A stretch of DNA of 64,000 nucleotides, taken from positions 265,792-329,791 of the forward strand of contig CAWFUO010000001.1 of the NCBI GenBank assembly GCA_963819095.1. Direction: 5' to 3'. Origin of the DNA: Candidatus Dormiibacterota bacterium. GTDB lineage: Bacteria; Chloroflexota; Dormibacteria; Aeolococcales; Aeolococcaceae. The stretch's first letter is position 1. Every line of letters begins with the position of its first letter. Below the pieces are notes generated by a model. That model worked only from the letters and a program-made list of their open reading frames with translations. It was not told the origin of the DNA and made no database searches. Below, in pieces: positions 22,254-33,563 of this stretch. A program made the translations under genes and the position numbers.

Positions 22254-23141
22254 TCAGGAGGCCAGACGGCGCGGAGCCAATCGAATCATCCCGAGTAGCG
22301 CCGCAGCCGACGCGGCCAGCGTGATCGCCCCGATCCCGAGCCAGCGCCAGACGAGTTGGGCATCCCGGTACTCGGGTGGGGCCGGAAGCTCCTGGAGGAC
22401 GTGCTCCCAGAGTCCGTCAGAGGTGGCGGCGTACACCGCGTGGCGCGCCAAGTCCGCCGAGAGCGCGTACACCGAGTCGGGAAGTCCAGGCCCGGCACGG
22501 ATCCAGTCATCCCCGCCGTCGGTGCTGATGAGGACCGCGTATCCGTCGGTGCCGAGATAGATCGCCTCACTGAGCGGCGCTGTGAATGCGGTGATGGACG
22601 TGACCCGTGGGACGCCCTGGACGAGGCTCGCCGGCAGGAGCAGCAGCGCCTGCTTCCAGTCACCGTCCTGGCCGCGGCGCCAGACCGTCCCATCGGTGCT
22701 CACCGCCACCACAACGCCGGGCAGAGCGGCCGGGGCTGCGATCAACGCTGCGCCGCGGCCGAGGTCCGGCGACCCCGGGTCGAGAACCGGAGCGCTGTTC
22801 GCCGCCGTGCCGGCCACGTGCAGCACATGGCCCATCGCGTCGATCTCCCAGGTCTCCTTGCCCACCGTGACGACATTGAGCGGCGGGATGCCGGTGTCGG
22901 GAGGCGCGGTTGCGAACGTCCTGCCGCCGTCGGTCGACACGAGCGTGGCACCCGTGCCCGTGCGCACCGTGATGGCGTCACCTATGGCAGAAACACGTGT
23001 CACCGAGGTGCCGGGCAGGGCAACCGGGCTCCACCAGGCGTCATCCGCGCGCGCCGGCGCACTGCCGCTCAGCAGAGTCGCAACCGCGACGCATGCGGCC
23101 GCGACCAGCGTGGTCCTTCGCGAACGGCGATCAGAACCCAT
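22254..23141 (-). CDS. BNR/Asp-box repeat protein with signal peptide and C-terminal TM anchor
   Basis: The signal sequence is [23 protein letters not shown]. Asp-box-like repeats STDGGRTF and STDGGDDW are present, along with a C-terminal helix [21 protein letters not shown] prefer the start at Met 17 of the listed ORF. Confidence 0.7.
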   Translation of the reverse strand: MGSDRRSRRTTLVAAACVAVATLLSGSAPARADDAWWSPVALPGTSVTRVSAIGDAITVRTGTGATLVSTDGGRTFATAPPDTGIPPLNVVTVGKETWEIDAMGHVLHVAGTAANSAPVLDPGSPDLGRGAALIAAPAALPGVVVAVSTDGTVWRRGQDGDWKQALLLLPASLVQGVPRVTSITAFTAPLSEAIYLGTDGYAVLISTDGGDDWIRAGPGLPDSVYALSADLARHAVYAATSDGLWEHVLQELPAPPEYRDAQLVWRWLGIGAITLAASAAALLGMIRLAPRRLAS

Positions 23142-24018
23142 ATAACCCCTGGACGATGCCGAACTGCAGGGCGATGTCCGCCACGGCATGAATGATCACC
23201 GCCGGCCACAGCGAGTTGGTCCGGCGGACCAGCCAGCCGAAAGCGAGGCCGACCAGGAAGGTGATTGGCACGAACGGCGCCTCCGGCCCTCCGTAGCTGA
23301 TCGCGAGGTGTGCGAGCCCGAAGACGGCGGCCTGGCAGACATTCGCCCAGCGCGGACTCATCGTTCGCTCGAGGGCACCGAGGAGCAGGCCGCGGAACTG
23401 CACCTCCTGAGAGAACGCCTGGAGCGCGTTCGCGGGCCCCAGCAAGGGGAAGTCCCGCCCGAGTGCAACCGGTTGCAACGCCACCCGTCCAAGCAGGCCC
23501 GCGGGCAGCGCGAGGCCGAGTCCGATCAGCACCGCGCTGCCGATCACGCCGGCGGCGAGGCCGCCGATGCCGAGATGGCGCATCCGCACCGACGGCCGCC
23601 AGTCCGGGGCGACCGTCCGCCACGCAACCAACGCGATGAGCACTGTGCCGAGTGCCTGCGCAACCGACGACCAGAAGATCTGCGCGTCGAAGCTGCCCGA
23701 TCGTGCTCCGAAAAGATCGAAGAGGATCTGCGGGCCTGCCGACAGCAGTGTGTATGTGGTTGCCACCGCCGCCAGCGCGAGAAGGATCGGGCGCGCGGGC
23801 TGAAGACGCCGCACGAAGAGCGATGGCATGGCGATCAGGACCGATGCAACGCTCAGCCTGGCCAGGAACGGATCAACGCCATTCGGATCGCTGAAGGTGA
23901 TCGGAACCAGGAGCGCGGCGCCGAGACCGAGTTCGGCGATGACCAGCGTCGCTGCGGTGGGCCACCAGGGAGCGCGGCGATACCGCTGCAGCCGCGAGCC
24001 GAACGCCTCAGTCACCAC
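23131..24018 (-). CDS. CPBP family intramembrane metalloprotease (CAAX protease/Abi type)
   Basis: The protein is multi-TM and carries the motifs SQEVQFRGLL, AAVFGLAHL and IIHAVAD. Confidence 0.8.
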   Translation of the reverse strand: MVTEAFGSRLQRYRRAPWWPTAATLVIAELGLGAALLVPITFSDPNGVDPFLARLSVASVLIAMPSLFVRRLQPARPILLALAAVATTYTLLSAGPQILFDLFGARSGSFDAQIFWSSVAQALGTVLIALVAWRTVAPDWRPSVRMRHLGIGGLAAGVIGSAVLIGLGLALPAGLLGRVALQPVALGRDFPLLGPANALQAFSQEVQFRGLLLGALERTMSPRWANVCQAAVFGLAHLAISYGGPEAPFVPITFLVGLAFGWLVRRTNSLWPAVIIHAVADIALQFGIVQGLYGF

Positions 24019-24484
24019 CGGGTGGCGGGGCCTCCGTCGACGAGACTCCGGGTCGAATCTGCTCGGCGATCGCCTCGAGAGCCGTGCGCATGGGCTGCGC
24101 GCCGTATCCGGGCGGAAAACGAAAGCCGAACCCGTCGTCAGCGTGACGGGGGATCAGGTGGATGTGCACGTGAGCCACCTCCTGGCCGGCGGCCTCACCG
24201 TCTGCGACGTACACGCTCACGGCTTCGACAGGCAGTGCGCTTGCCCGCAGCGCTCGATTGAGGTCGGTCGCAACCGTCCACATCCTGGCGAGGATGGCGT
24301 CATCCAGCTCGGGAATCAGCTGTGCATGCGCCCGCGGAACAATCAGCAGATGGCCGGGCTGCACCGGCTGGATGTCCATGAATGCCACGACCAACTCGTC
24401 CCGCGAGATGAAGGTCGCGGGGGCGCTGCCGCCGACGATGGCACAGAAGACGCAGTTGGCTGACTGCGGATCGTACGTTGGCAT
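24008..24484 (-). CDS. HIT family protein (histidine triad nucleotide hydrolase/transferase)
   Basis: It has a CVFCAI N-terminus and the histidine triad HVHIHLIP. Confidence 0.9.
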   Translation of the reverse strand: MPTYDPQSANCVFCAIVGGSAPATFISRDELVVAFMDIQPVQPGHLLIVPRAHAQLIPELDDAILARMWTVATDLNRALRASALPVEAVSVYVADGEAAGQEVAHVHIHLIPRHADDGFGFRFPPGYGAQPMRTALEAIAEQIRPGVSSTEAPPPGGD

Positions 24485-24530
24485 CGTGCGAGCATCGTAC
24501 CGATCACCTTGCGATCGGCTGATGCGGTGC

Positions 24531-24716
24531 CTAGGCCGCCTGGTCGGCCCTCTGGCCCCACCAGCGCAACAGCGTCAGGTCTTCCTCGTGCACCGCGGCG
24601 CCGAGCCACGCGCGCCACTCACCCTCGAACCCGTCAGGTGCGTGAAACAGCGCCTCCCACTTCCATTCCGGTGGAAGCTGGGCGGTCAACTCGGTCAACG
24701 TGCTCTTGTCTGCCAT
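24531..24716 (-). CDS. small Trp-rich hypothetical protein (61 aa)
   Basis: The 3' part of the listed 207-aa ORF, from MADKSTLTELTAQLPPEWKW..., has high GC3 and lies 47 nt upstream of the HIT gene on the same strand. The upstream part of that ORF is antisense to purA. Confidence 0.4.
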   Translation of the reverse strand: MADKSTLTELTAQLPPEWKWEALFHAPDGFEGEWRAWLGAAVHEEDLTLLRWWGQRADQAA

Positions 24717-24755
24717 GTTCTTTCTCGATCCTGCCGGTCCAAATCCCGGCACTGA

Positions 24756-26114
<1,359 letters not shown>

Positions 26115-26136
26115 AGGGCGAGCACGCGCCGAAGCT

Positions 26137-26175
26137 CTTTGAAAAGTGGCAGGGGGCGGAGGGCCACCCCCTGCC
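26137..26175 (-). terminator. intrinsic-terminator-like hairpin (GGCAGGGGG-N10-CCCCCTGCC) followed on the minus strand by ACTTTTC
   Basis: The 9-bp G/C stem spans 26148-26156 and 26167-26175. A T-tract is present only on the minus strand. Confidence 0.35.
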
Positions 26176-26200
26176 GGTCAGGAAGGGATAGGGAGAGTTT

Positions 26201-26227
26201 CAAAAAAGTGCTGACGAGCCACCAGCA
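26201..26227 (-). terminator. intrinsic-terminator-like hairpin (TGCTG-N9-CAGCA) followed on the minus strand by CTTTTTT
   Basis: The stem spans 26209-26213 and 26223-26227. An A6 run at 26202-26207 on the plus strand gives a U6 tail on the minus strand. Confidence 0.4.
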
Positions 26228-26267
26228 TCACCCCTAACGCTGTTGGCCGGTGCACCAACCTACCTCT
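26202..26267 (-). ncRNA. candidate small RNA (about 65 nt, or about 130 nt if read through to the second terminator)
   Basis: A minus-strand extended -10 element TGATATAAT (26282->26274) is followed by a GUUGG-N8-CCAAC hairpin (26259->26242) and then the terminator hairpin plus U-tract. There is no minus-strand CDS nearby. Confidence 0.25.
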
Positions 26268-26348
26268 ACAGAGATTATATCAAGACCTCTGATACGGCCG
26301 CCCCTGCCGTTGCGCTGTCGGCATCGCTGCGCGGCATGATGGACGCCC

Positions 26349-28007
26349 ATGACAACCACCCTCGGACGCGTTCGCGCACCAGAGCTCCGCGGCGCCGGCG
26401 GCTGGATCAACACGGAGCGACCGCTGGTGCTCAAAGACCTTCGCGGGCGGGCGGTCGTCCTCGATTTCTGGACGTTCTGCTGTATCAACTGCCTGCGCGT
26501 TATCGAGGAGCTGCGCCCGCTCGAAGAACGGTTCGGCGATCGCCTGGTGGTGATTGGCGTGCACTCGCCGAAGTTCCCCCACGAGGCCGACCACGACTCG
26601 GTGGCTCGGGCCGTCGCGCGACACCGCATCGCGCACCCTGTGCTCGACGACCCCGACCTCGAAACCTGGCAGCAATACGGCGTGCGCGCCTGGCCGACAC
26701 TGGTGGTGATCGACCCGGACGGGTACGTCGTCGCCATGGCTTCGGGTGAGGGCCACGGCCGTGCCCTCGAGAAGGTGATCCTGCAGCTCCTCGAGGGCCG
26801 GACCGACCTCGCTGCCGGCCCGGCGTTCACGCCGGTGCGCCTCAGTGGTGCCGGCACACTCGCATTCCCCGGAAAGGTCGCGTCCGATGGCAGCGGCCGG
26901 ATCGCGATCGCAGACACCGGCAACGATCGCGTCCTCGTCTGCGACCTCGATGGGACCGTCCGTCACGAGTTCGGCGGCTTCCATCAGCCCGAGGGGGTTC
27001 GCTTCGACGGCGATCGCCTGCTGGTATGCGACACGGTGGCGGGCGAACTCGTGGCGATCGCGGTGGCGGGCGGTGAGCGGCGGGTCCTTGCCTCGGGGCT
27101 GCGGTCGCCGTGGGACGCGCTCGTGCTGCCCGATCGCAGCATCGCCGTCGCGGAGGCCGGACTGCACAGGATCGTCGCCGTTCCCGGCGACGGCGGGACC
27201 CCCGAGGTGCTCGCCGGGAGCCGCGCCGAAGGCCTCCGTGACGGCCCTGCGCGAGACGCGCACCTGGCGCAGCCGAGTGGGCTCACCCTCCTGGCAGACG
27301 GCGGTGTCGCGTTCGCGGACTCCGAAGTCTCGGCACTCCGGCTGCTTCGCGACGGCAGAGTGGAAACGCTCGTCGGCAGCGGGCTCTTCGCCTGGGGGAG
27401 CGACGATGGCGATCGGCCCACGGCGAAATTGCAGCACCCGCTCGGGGTCGCCGCGCTCGCGGGCGGGGCGATCGCGGTGGCCGACACATTCAACTCCCTC
27501 CTCCGTCTCTGGGACGCGGGGACGCTCACGACGGTCCGGCTGAGTGAGCCTGTCGACGAGCCGGGCGGGCTCGACCTGCTTCCGGACGGCCGCCTCGTGG
27601 TTGCCGACACCAACCATCACCGCGTGATCACGGTCGACATCCCCTCCGGCGAGGTTGCCGAGATCCACGTCCGTGATCCGGCCGCCACGGGGGAAGGAGC
27701 CGGCTCCGCGATCTCAGGCCGGGCGGGAGCGACCTTGGTGATTGGGGCGGACGTCGATCTCGATGGCATGGACCTCGACCTCCAGCAGGGGCCGCCCGTG
27801 CACGTGAGCGTCAGCGCTGACCCTCAGACGCTCCTCGGTTCGGGACCGCGCTCTTGGGCCCTGGACAGCCTCCCGGTGAGCATCGACGTCCGTCTCGGCG
27901 CCCCCGGTTCGGGTGTGCTTGTCGTTGACCTGATCGCATCGACCTGCGAAGGCGATGTCTGCACGATCAGACGAAGCACCAGCGAGCACCCGCTCACGAT
28001 TTCCTAG
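26349..28007 (+). CDS. thioredoxin-like (redoxin/TlpA-type, CINC motif) domain fused to NHL-repeat beta-propeller
   Basis: The N-terminus is VVLDFWTFCCINCLRVIEEL...WPTLVVIDPDG. It is followed by repeated NHL-like blades (IAIADTGNDRVLV, LLVCDTVAGELV, IAVADTFNSLLRLW, LVVADTNHHRVI). Confidence 0.85.
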   Translation: MTTTLGRVRAPELRGAGGWINTERPLVLKDLRGRAVVLDFWTFCCINCLRVIEELRPLEERFGDRLVVIGVHSPKFPHEADHDSVARAVARHRIAHPVLDDPDLETWQQYGVRAWPTLVVIDPDGYVVAMASGEGHGRALEKVILQLLEGRTDLAAGPAFTPVRLSGAGTLAFPGKVASDGSGRIAIADTGNDRVLVCDLDGTVRHEFGGFHQPEGVRFDGDRLLVCDTVAGELVAIAVAGGERRVLASGLRSPWDALVLPDRSIAVAEAGLHRIVAVPGDGGTPEVLAGSRAEGLRDGPARDAHLAQPSGLTLLADGGVAFADSEVSALRLLRDGRVETLVGSGLFAWGSDDGDRPTAKLQHPLGVAALAGGAIAVADTFNSLLRLWDAGTLTTVRLSEPVDEPGGLDLLPDGRLVVADTNHHRVITVDIPSGEVAEIHVRDPAATGEGAGSAISGRAGATLVIGADVDLDGMDLDLQQGPPVHVSVSADPQTLLGSGPRSWALDSLPVSIDVRLGAPGSGVLVVDLIASTCEGDVCTIRRSTSEHPLTIS

Positions 28008-28014
28008 GCCCGCG

Positions 28015-28989
28015 TCAGGCGGGGGGCTGGGACGTTTCCTGCTCGGATTCCGCCCAGGCGAGCAAGGCCTCAGGCGTGGGATGAGGCAGACGCACATCGA
28101 CGGTCGCGATCAGATCGCCCGCGCCACCGCCCTTGAGGTGCGGCATGCCCAGCCCGCGGAGCCTGAGACGTGCGCCGTTCTGGACCCCTGGTGGGATCGA
28201 CAGCTTCGCGGTGGTCCCGCGGAGCGTCGGCACGTCCACGGTGCCGCCCTTGACCGCGATGGAGAGCCGCGTCGGCACGCGCACGCTGAGATCGTCGCCG
28301 CGACGCGTGAACGTGGGATGCGGACGGATGTGCACTCGAATAAAGAGATCGCCTCGGGGTCCGCCGTTGCGACCCTCGCCGCCCTGCCCCGTGGCGCGAA
28401 CCCTGGCTCCCTCGTGGATCCCAGCCGGGATCTTGACCTCGACCCGGCGCGGTCCTCCAGACGAGCTCAGGTCGACCGTGAGCGTCGAACCCGCGAAAGC
28501 CTGCTCCAGGCTGATCTCCGCATCACCTTCGACGTCCTCGCCGCGCCGAGCGACCCGGCGGCGAGTGCGGCCCGTGCTGAATCCAGAGGGAGCTTCACCG
28601 CCTCCCCCGAAAAACTGCTGGAAGAAGTCGCTGAACGGCGCGCTGTCGCCGAACATCCCCTCGAGATCGTCCGGGGATACGGTCCGGTAGCCGAACTGCT
28701 CGTTGTTGTTCGCGAAGGGGTTGGGTCCGGGGCGACCAGCGCGCTCCCACTGTTCGTACTCCTGCCAGCGCGGACCGAGCTCGTCGTACTTCTTGCGCTT
28801 CTCCGGGTCCCCGAGGACCTCGTTGGCCTCGTTGACCTCCTTGAAACGGTCCTCCGCGGCCTTGTCGCCCTGGTTGACATCCGGGTGGTGCTTGCGCGCG
28901 AGCTTGCGGAATGCGCTGCGGATCTCCTTCTCGGTGGCCGTCCGCGGAACGCCCAGGATCGCGTAATAGTCCTTGAAGGTTGTTGCCAT
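28015..28989 (-). CDS. J-domain protein, DnaJ/CbpA class II (no zinc finger)
   Basis: The sequence DYYAILGVPRTATEKEIRSAFRKLARKHHPDVN is followed by a G/F-rich linker and DnaJ C-terminal domains. No CxxCxGxG repeats are present. The start is at Met 83 of the listed ORF. Confidence 0.9.
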   Translation of the reverse strand: MATTFKDYYAILGVPRTATEKEIRSAFRKLARKHHPDVNQGDKAAEDRFKEVNEANEVLGDPEKRKKYDELGPRWQEYEQWERAGRPGPNPFANNNEQFGYRTVSPDDLEGMFGDSAPFSDFFQQFFGGGGEAPSGFSTGRTRRRVARRGEDVEGDAEISLEQAFAGSTLTVDLSSSGGPRRVEVKIPAGIHEGARVRATGQGGEGRNGGPRGDLFIRVHIRPHPTFTRRGDDLSVRVPTRLSIAVKGGTVDVPTLRGTTAKLSIPPGVQNGARLRLRGLGMPHLKGGGAGDLIATVDVRLPHPTPEALLAWAESEQETSQPPA

Positions 28990-29120
28990 CTGGATCGCAG
29001 ATACCGCGGCGGGGCGGCCGCGAAACCCGGAACGCGCGGTATTCTTGGGTCGTCTCCCCGATTGCGGCGCGAGACCTCGCGGCGCCGTCACCCCAACTCC
29101 ACTCCCCCAAGCGCCCTGCA

Positions 29121-30491
29121 GTGAGCACTCACCCCACCAACACCTGTCCGTCCACCGCGCCCTCCACTCGCCGGAGGCGGCGGTCGCTGGCTGCCCTGGT
29201 TTTCGCAGTCTCGCTCCTCGGCACCGCGGCCTCATTCAGCTCCTCCGTATCGGCTGCAGGAGGCTTCTCGGTGCTGGGACAGCTGCCCGGTCTCGGCTCG
29301 GGAAAGATCTGGAGCGTCGCGATCGAGCCGTCGGTGCCGAGCACGATCGTGGCCGGGACCGATAGTGGTGTTTACGTCTCCACTGACACAGGGGCCACCT
29401 GGACCGAGACGCTCAGCGGCATCCGGGTCTGGACGGTCGGCTTCGATTTGCACAAACCCAGCCCCATCGCCTTCGCCGGGACCGATGGCAAGGGTGTCTT
29501 CACCAGCATCGACGCGGGCGCCACGTGGACGGATGCGTCGGCGGGGCTCGGCAATCTCGATGTTCGCGCCCTCGCCTTCGGCTCCGACGGCGTGGCTGCG
29601 GGAACCAATGCCGGCGTCGCCCTGAGCCCGAACGGCAGGACCTGGCACGACGGCGGCCTGGACCGCTACTCGATCGCCGCGGTCGCCGTGGCGGCGAACT
29701 CTCCGCAGTTCACCGTCATTGCTGGTGCCGACGGAGCCAGCAGCGGCACGCTCTCGTCCGGATACCTCTTCAGCAGCACCGGGGGAGGCGCCTGGGAGGT
29801 CCTGCAATCCGGGTTGCCCTCCGGCGCGGTCGTCTCATCGATCACTGCCGGGCAGATCGACGCCGCCGTCCCGAAACGCCCGTTGATCGTCACGACATCG
29901 CAGGGCACCTTTAAGAGCGGCGACGGCGGGGTCACCTGGACCGCCCCGACCGGTGTTCCGGCGACGCTGACCCTCACGGTGGCTCAGTTCGGACCGCTCG
30001 ACCCGAACCTCGCCTATGCCGGGGCTGACGCCGGCGGGAGCACCGGCGGAGACTTCTACCGAACCACCAACGGCGGGACCAGCTACGTGAGGGCCGATAC
30101 GGGTTTGCCGAGCGGGACCAAGAACGTCGACGCCATCACGATCGCGAACACCACGCCTCCCGAGGTGGTCGTGGCCATGAACCCGCCCACCGGCGGCAGT
30201 CGCGTCTACATGGAGAGCGACGCGACCGCGCCGGTGCCGCCTCCGCTCATCCCCGAGAAACCGGGAGAGACGGTCGCGTCGTCGGTGCCGACGCCGGTGC
30301 CGACTGCGACGCCTGTCCCACAGGCCGTCAAACCGGTTGCGACCACACCGCCGGAGAGCGGCATCCAGCGATTCGCGCAGGCCGCGTTCCACTGGCCAAC
30401 CCCGCTGGTCTACGAGGTCTTCTTCGTGCTGCTCGCCCTGTACGTCTACATTCGCTGGCGGCAGCGTTATTACGTCGAAGGTCCTCCCTAG
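29121..30491 (+). CDS. BNR/Asp-box repeat beta-propeller protein with Arg-rich signal and C-terminal TM anchor
   Basis: A GTG start gives STRRRRRSLAALVFAVSLLGTAASF (possibly Tat-type). Asp-boxes STDTGATW, SIDAGATW and SGDGGVTW are present, along with a C-terminal helix VFFVLLALYVYI. Confidence 0.75.
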   Translation: MSTHPTNTCPSTAPSTRRRRRSLAALVFAVSLLGTAASFSSSVSAAGGFSVLGQLPGLGSGKIWSVAIEPSVPSTIVAGTDSGVYVSTDTGATWTETLSGIRVWTVGFDLHKPSPIAFAGTDGKGVFTSIDAGATWTDASAGLGNLDVRALAFGSDGVAAGTNAGVALSPNGRTWHDGGLDRYSIAAVAVAANSPQFTVIAGADGASSGTLSSGYLFSSTGGGAWEVLQSGLPSGAVVSSITAGQIDAAVPKRPLIVTTSQGTFKSGDGGVTWTAPTGVPATLTLTVAQFGPLDPNLAYAGADAGGSTGGDFYRTTNGGTSYVRADTGLPSGTKNVDAITIANTTPPEVVVAMNPPTGGSRVYMESDATAPVPPPLIPEKPGETVASSVPTPVPTATPVPQAVKPVATTPPESGIQRFAQAAFHWPTPLVYEVFFVLLALYVYIRWRQRYYVEGPP

Positions 30492-30515
30492 TACTCTCCG
30501 GCCTACGCTACGGCC

Positions 30516-31262
30516 GTGATTGGGGTGACCGCTGGTCCGTCGATTCCGCTCGCGTTTCTGGCCGGGCTGGTGTCATTCCTCTCCCCGTGCGTGTTCCCGC
30601 TGATGCCCGCCTACGCGGCCTATTTGAGCGGGCGCGCGGGGCAGCCGGCTCTGGCCGTCGCTTCCGGCGGGACGGTTTCCACGTCCACGTTCCGCAGCTC
30701 GGCCCTCACCACCGGAGTCGCATTCGTCGTCGGGTTCAGCGTGGTGTTCATCGCCGAGTACTACCTGCTCGAGGGGGTGCTCGCCATCACCGTCTTCCAG
30801 CGCAATCTCGAGCTCGTCAACCGTATCGCGGGCGGGATCATCATCGTGCTCGCCCTGCAGACAATGGGTTTGCTGCGCTTCGGCTGGCTCGAGCGGGAGC
30901 GGCGATTCCACCTGCGAGTCTCGAGCGGCGCGGCCGGCGGGCTCCTGCTTGGCCTGACGTTCGCAGCGGGGTGGCTTCCCTGTCTCGGCCCGCAGCTCGG
31001 CGCCATCCTCACCCTTGCCCAGAACCGCGAGTTCGGCGGCCTCCCCTTCATGGTCCTCTACTGCCTGGGGCTGGCAATTCCGTTCCTGGTCGTCGCGCTC
31101 CTTGCCGACAGGCTCCAGGGGGTCCTGCGCGGCATCAACCGCCATCTCCGGGTGATCAGCATCGTTGCCGGCGTGATCCTCCTCGGGTTCGGCCTGCTCA
31201 TGGCCACCGGGCAGCTGACGGTGTTGAGCGACCTGTCCTTTCAGTCGCCGTTCAATCTGTAG
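30516..31262 (+). CDS. ccdA: cytochrome c biogenesis / thiol-disulfide transporter CcdA (DsbD family)
   Basis: LVSFLSPCVFPLMPAY and a second WLPCLGP motif are present in a six-TM profile. Confidence 0.9.
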   Translation: MIGVTAGPSIPLAFLAGLVSFLSPCVFPLMPAYAAYLSGRAGQPALAVASGGTVSTSTFRSSALTTGVAFVVGFSVVFIAEYYLLEGVLAITVFQRNLELVNRIAGGIIIVLALQTMGLLRFGWLERERRFHLRVSSGAAGGLLLGLTFAAGWLPCLGPQLGAILTLAQNREFGGLPFMVLYCLGLAIPFLVVALLADRLQGVLRGINRHLRVISIVAGVILLGFGLLMATGQLTVLSDLSFQSPFNL

Positions 31263-32757
31263 GCGGCGGCGGCGGGACGGGGGCGATCGGGAGCCAGAGC
31301 GTCACTGTCGTACCGCCACTCTCGGCGCTTCGGATCGCAACGTCGCCCCCCTGAGCCCGCGCGAGCCCCTGCACGATGCTGAGCCCGAGCCCGCTCCCAC
31401 CCTCCTCGCGAGCCCGCGTCTTCTCGCCTCGGTAGAAGCGCTCGAAGACATGGGGGAGATCCGCAGCGGGGATGCCGGGGCCCTCGTCGCGAACGTCGAG
31501 CTTCGCCCACCCTGCCTCGAGGCTGGTGCTCCAGTGCTGCGGGGCGCCGTGCGCGTACTTGCACGCGTTGACCAGCAGGTTGCGCACGATCGTGCTCACC
31601 GCGACCGGGTCCGCGCGGACAAGGAGCGAACCGGGCGCAAAGGTGCGCTCGAGCACGGCCGGCATCCCCGGGACGCCCTCGTTGAGCAGCGTGCCGACGG
31701 CGACATTGAGGTCGAAGTCCTCCGGATGGGACTCGCGCTGCGCGTCGAGCCGGGCGAGCGTGAGCAGATCGAGGACGAGCAACCGCATGCGCTCCGACTC
31801 GTTGCTCATCGCTTCGAGCGCGGCGTCCAGCGTTGCGGGCTCGCGGCCCGCGCCCCTGCGCAGGACGTCGATGTAGCCCTTGAGCGCAGTCAGCGGGGTG
31901 CGCAGCTCGTGCGATGCGTCGGCGATGAAGCGGCGCACCTGCGCCTCGGAATCCTGTTGCGCCGCAAAGGCTTCCTGAATGCGGTCGGCCATGTGGTCGA
32001 AGCTGCTGGCGAGCTGTCCGACCTCGTCATTGCTTGGGGCGAGCCGGCTTCGTGCCGCGAGGTCTCCCGAGGCGAGTTGCTCCGCGGTCGCGGTGAGGCG
32101 ACGCATCGGGCGGAGCGTGCGGCCGGTGAGTATCACACCCAGGAATGTCGCGAGGATCACCATCACCAGTCCGCCGGCGGTGATGAGCAGGATCTCATCA
32201 TGCAGGACATTTGTGATCGGCGTCATCGAGACCGACAGTTGGGCGACGCCGCAGGCACCCGAGCCGGCTGCGACAGGGAATCCGACCGCAAGCTGATCCC
32301 CGCTGTCCGTGGTAATCTGCTTGGCGGCTGACCGTGTCCCTCTGTTCACCACGCTTTCGAGCGTTGCGGAATCGAGGATCGGCGGGCTGGCACCTGCCGG
32401 CGCGATCGCCTCTTCGGTGAGGCCGCTGCTGTACACAACCACCTGAACCGTCTGACCGGTCACCGTCGATATGGAGTTCGCGACAGCAGTTCCGACGAGC
32501 GCTGGAAACCGCTCGCACAGGCGCTGCGTCCCGCTGATGCCGGTGCTGACGGCCAACGCCTTTTCCTTGGTCGCGATCATCCGCCGTGCCGAGTTGAAAT
32601 CGGCCTGCATCTCACCGACTCGATTGGTGATCAGGCTCGCGCGCAATGTCACGTACTGATAGCCCGCGAGGAGCACCAGCAGCGGGAGAAGCAGGGCGAT
32701 GAAGGTGAGTGTCAACCGCCATCGCAGGGACGCGAGAGCGTGTCCGATGCGCCGCAC
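31252..32757 (-). CDS. sensor histidine kinase (TM-HAMP-HisKA-HATPase_c)
   Basis: The H-box is FIADASHELRTPLTAL and the G-boxes are DEGPGIP and GGSGLGLSIV. Confidence 0.92.
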   Translation of the reverse strand: MRRIGHALASLRWRLTLTFIALLLPLLVLLAGYQYVTLRASLITNRVGEMQADFNSARRMIATKEKALAVSTGISGTQRLCERFPALVGTAVANSISTVTGQTVQVVVYSSGLTEEAIAPAGASPPILDSATLESVVNRGTRSAAKQITTDSGDQLAVGFPVAAGSGACGVAQLSVSMTPITNVLHDEILLITAGGLVMVILATFLGVILTGRTLRPMRRLTATAEQLASGDLAARSRLAPSNDEVGQLASSFDHMADRIQEAFAAQQDSEAQVRRFIADASHELRTPLTALKGYIDVLRRGAGREPATLDAALEAMSNESERMRLLVLDLLTLARLDAQRESHPEDFDLNVAVGTLLNEGVPGMPAVLERTFAPGSLLVRADPVAVSTIVRNLLVNACKYAHGAPQHWSTSLEAGWAKLDVRDEGPGIPAADLPHVFERFYRGEKTRAREEGGSGLGLSIVQGLARAQGGDVAIRSAESGGTTVTLWLPIAPVPPPPPTD

Positions 32758-32760
32758 GTT

Positions 32761-33465
32761 CTATCGCGCCGCGGCGTCGCTCCCGGCCACGGTGCTGCGC
32801 AGCCGGTAGCCGACACCGCGCACCGTCTGGATCCGCTCGTGCGTCGTGTCACCAAGCTTGGTGCGCAGATAGCGGACGTAGACCTCGATGTTGTTCTCGT
32901 CGCCGAAGAAGTTGTAGCCCCACACCTCGTCGAGAATGCGCTGGCGCGGCAGCACCTGGTCGGCGTTGCTGGCGAGATAGTGCAGCAGGTCGTACTCGCG
33001 CACCGAGAGGTCCACCGTTCGATCCCCGACGCACACCTCACGGGTTGCCGTGTCGATGCTCAGGTCGCCTGCACGGATGACCCGGGAGAGATCGGGGTTG
33101 CGGCGGCGGAGCACCGCCCGTATCCGGGCAAGCAGCTCCGCGAAATCGAAAGGCTTGACCAGGTAGTCGTCGGCGCCGAGCTCGAGGCCCTGAATCCGGT
33201 CGCTGGTCTCGTCACGAGCACTGAGGATGATGATCCCGCGCGACCGATCGCCCGAGAGCGCGCGGCAGAGCTGCCAGCCGTCGACCCGGGGCATCATCAG
33301 GTCGAGCACGACCAGGTGTGGCTTGAACTCGTCGACCACTCGCAGCGCGACGTGACCATCAGGAGCCGTACGTACGTCGAACCCCTCGTGGCGCAATCCG
33401 AGCGCGATGAAATCGGTGATGCTCTGCTCGTCGTCGACGACGAGGACGCAAGTCGGCCCACTCAT
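32761..33465 (-). CDS. OmpR/PhoB family response regulator
   Basis: The receiver domain (VLVVDDE...DLMMP) is followed by a winged-helix domain (LTxREYDLLHYLASN...VRGVGYRL). The gene lies 3 nt upstream of the kinase. Confidence 0.95.
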   Translation of the reverse strand: MSGPTCVLVVDDEQSITDFIALGLRHEGFDVRTAPDGHVALRVVDEFKPHLVVLDLMMPRVDGWQLCRALSGDRSRGIIILSARDETSDRIQGLELGADDYLVKPFDFAELLARIRAVLRRRNPDLSRVIRAGDLSIDTATREVCVGDRTVDLSVREYDLLHYLASNADQVLPRQRILDEVWGYNFFGDENNIEVYVRYLRTKLGDTTHERIQTVRGVGYRLRSTVAGSDAAAR

Positions 33466-33563
33466 TGCATCGAGTATATGAGTCGGTTCGTGTCAACTCT
33501 GCCACGAGATGATCGCAATGAGCGGTTCTCAGCGCACTCTCAGGAGCCCACTACACTGGATCG

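Noticed and set aside
26148-26175. The G/C hairpin acting as the plus-strand intrinsic terminator of purA.
   Set aside because: On the plus strand it is followed by GGTCAGGAAGG, with no T-tract; the T-tract lies on the other strand. It may still pause or terminate purA transcription bidirectionally, but the sequence favours a minus-strand function.
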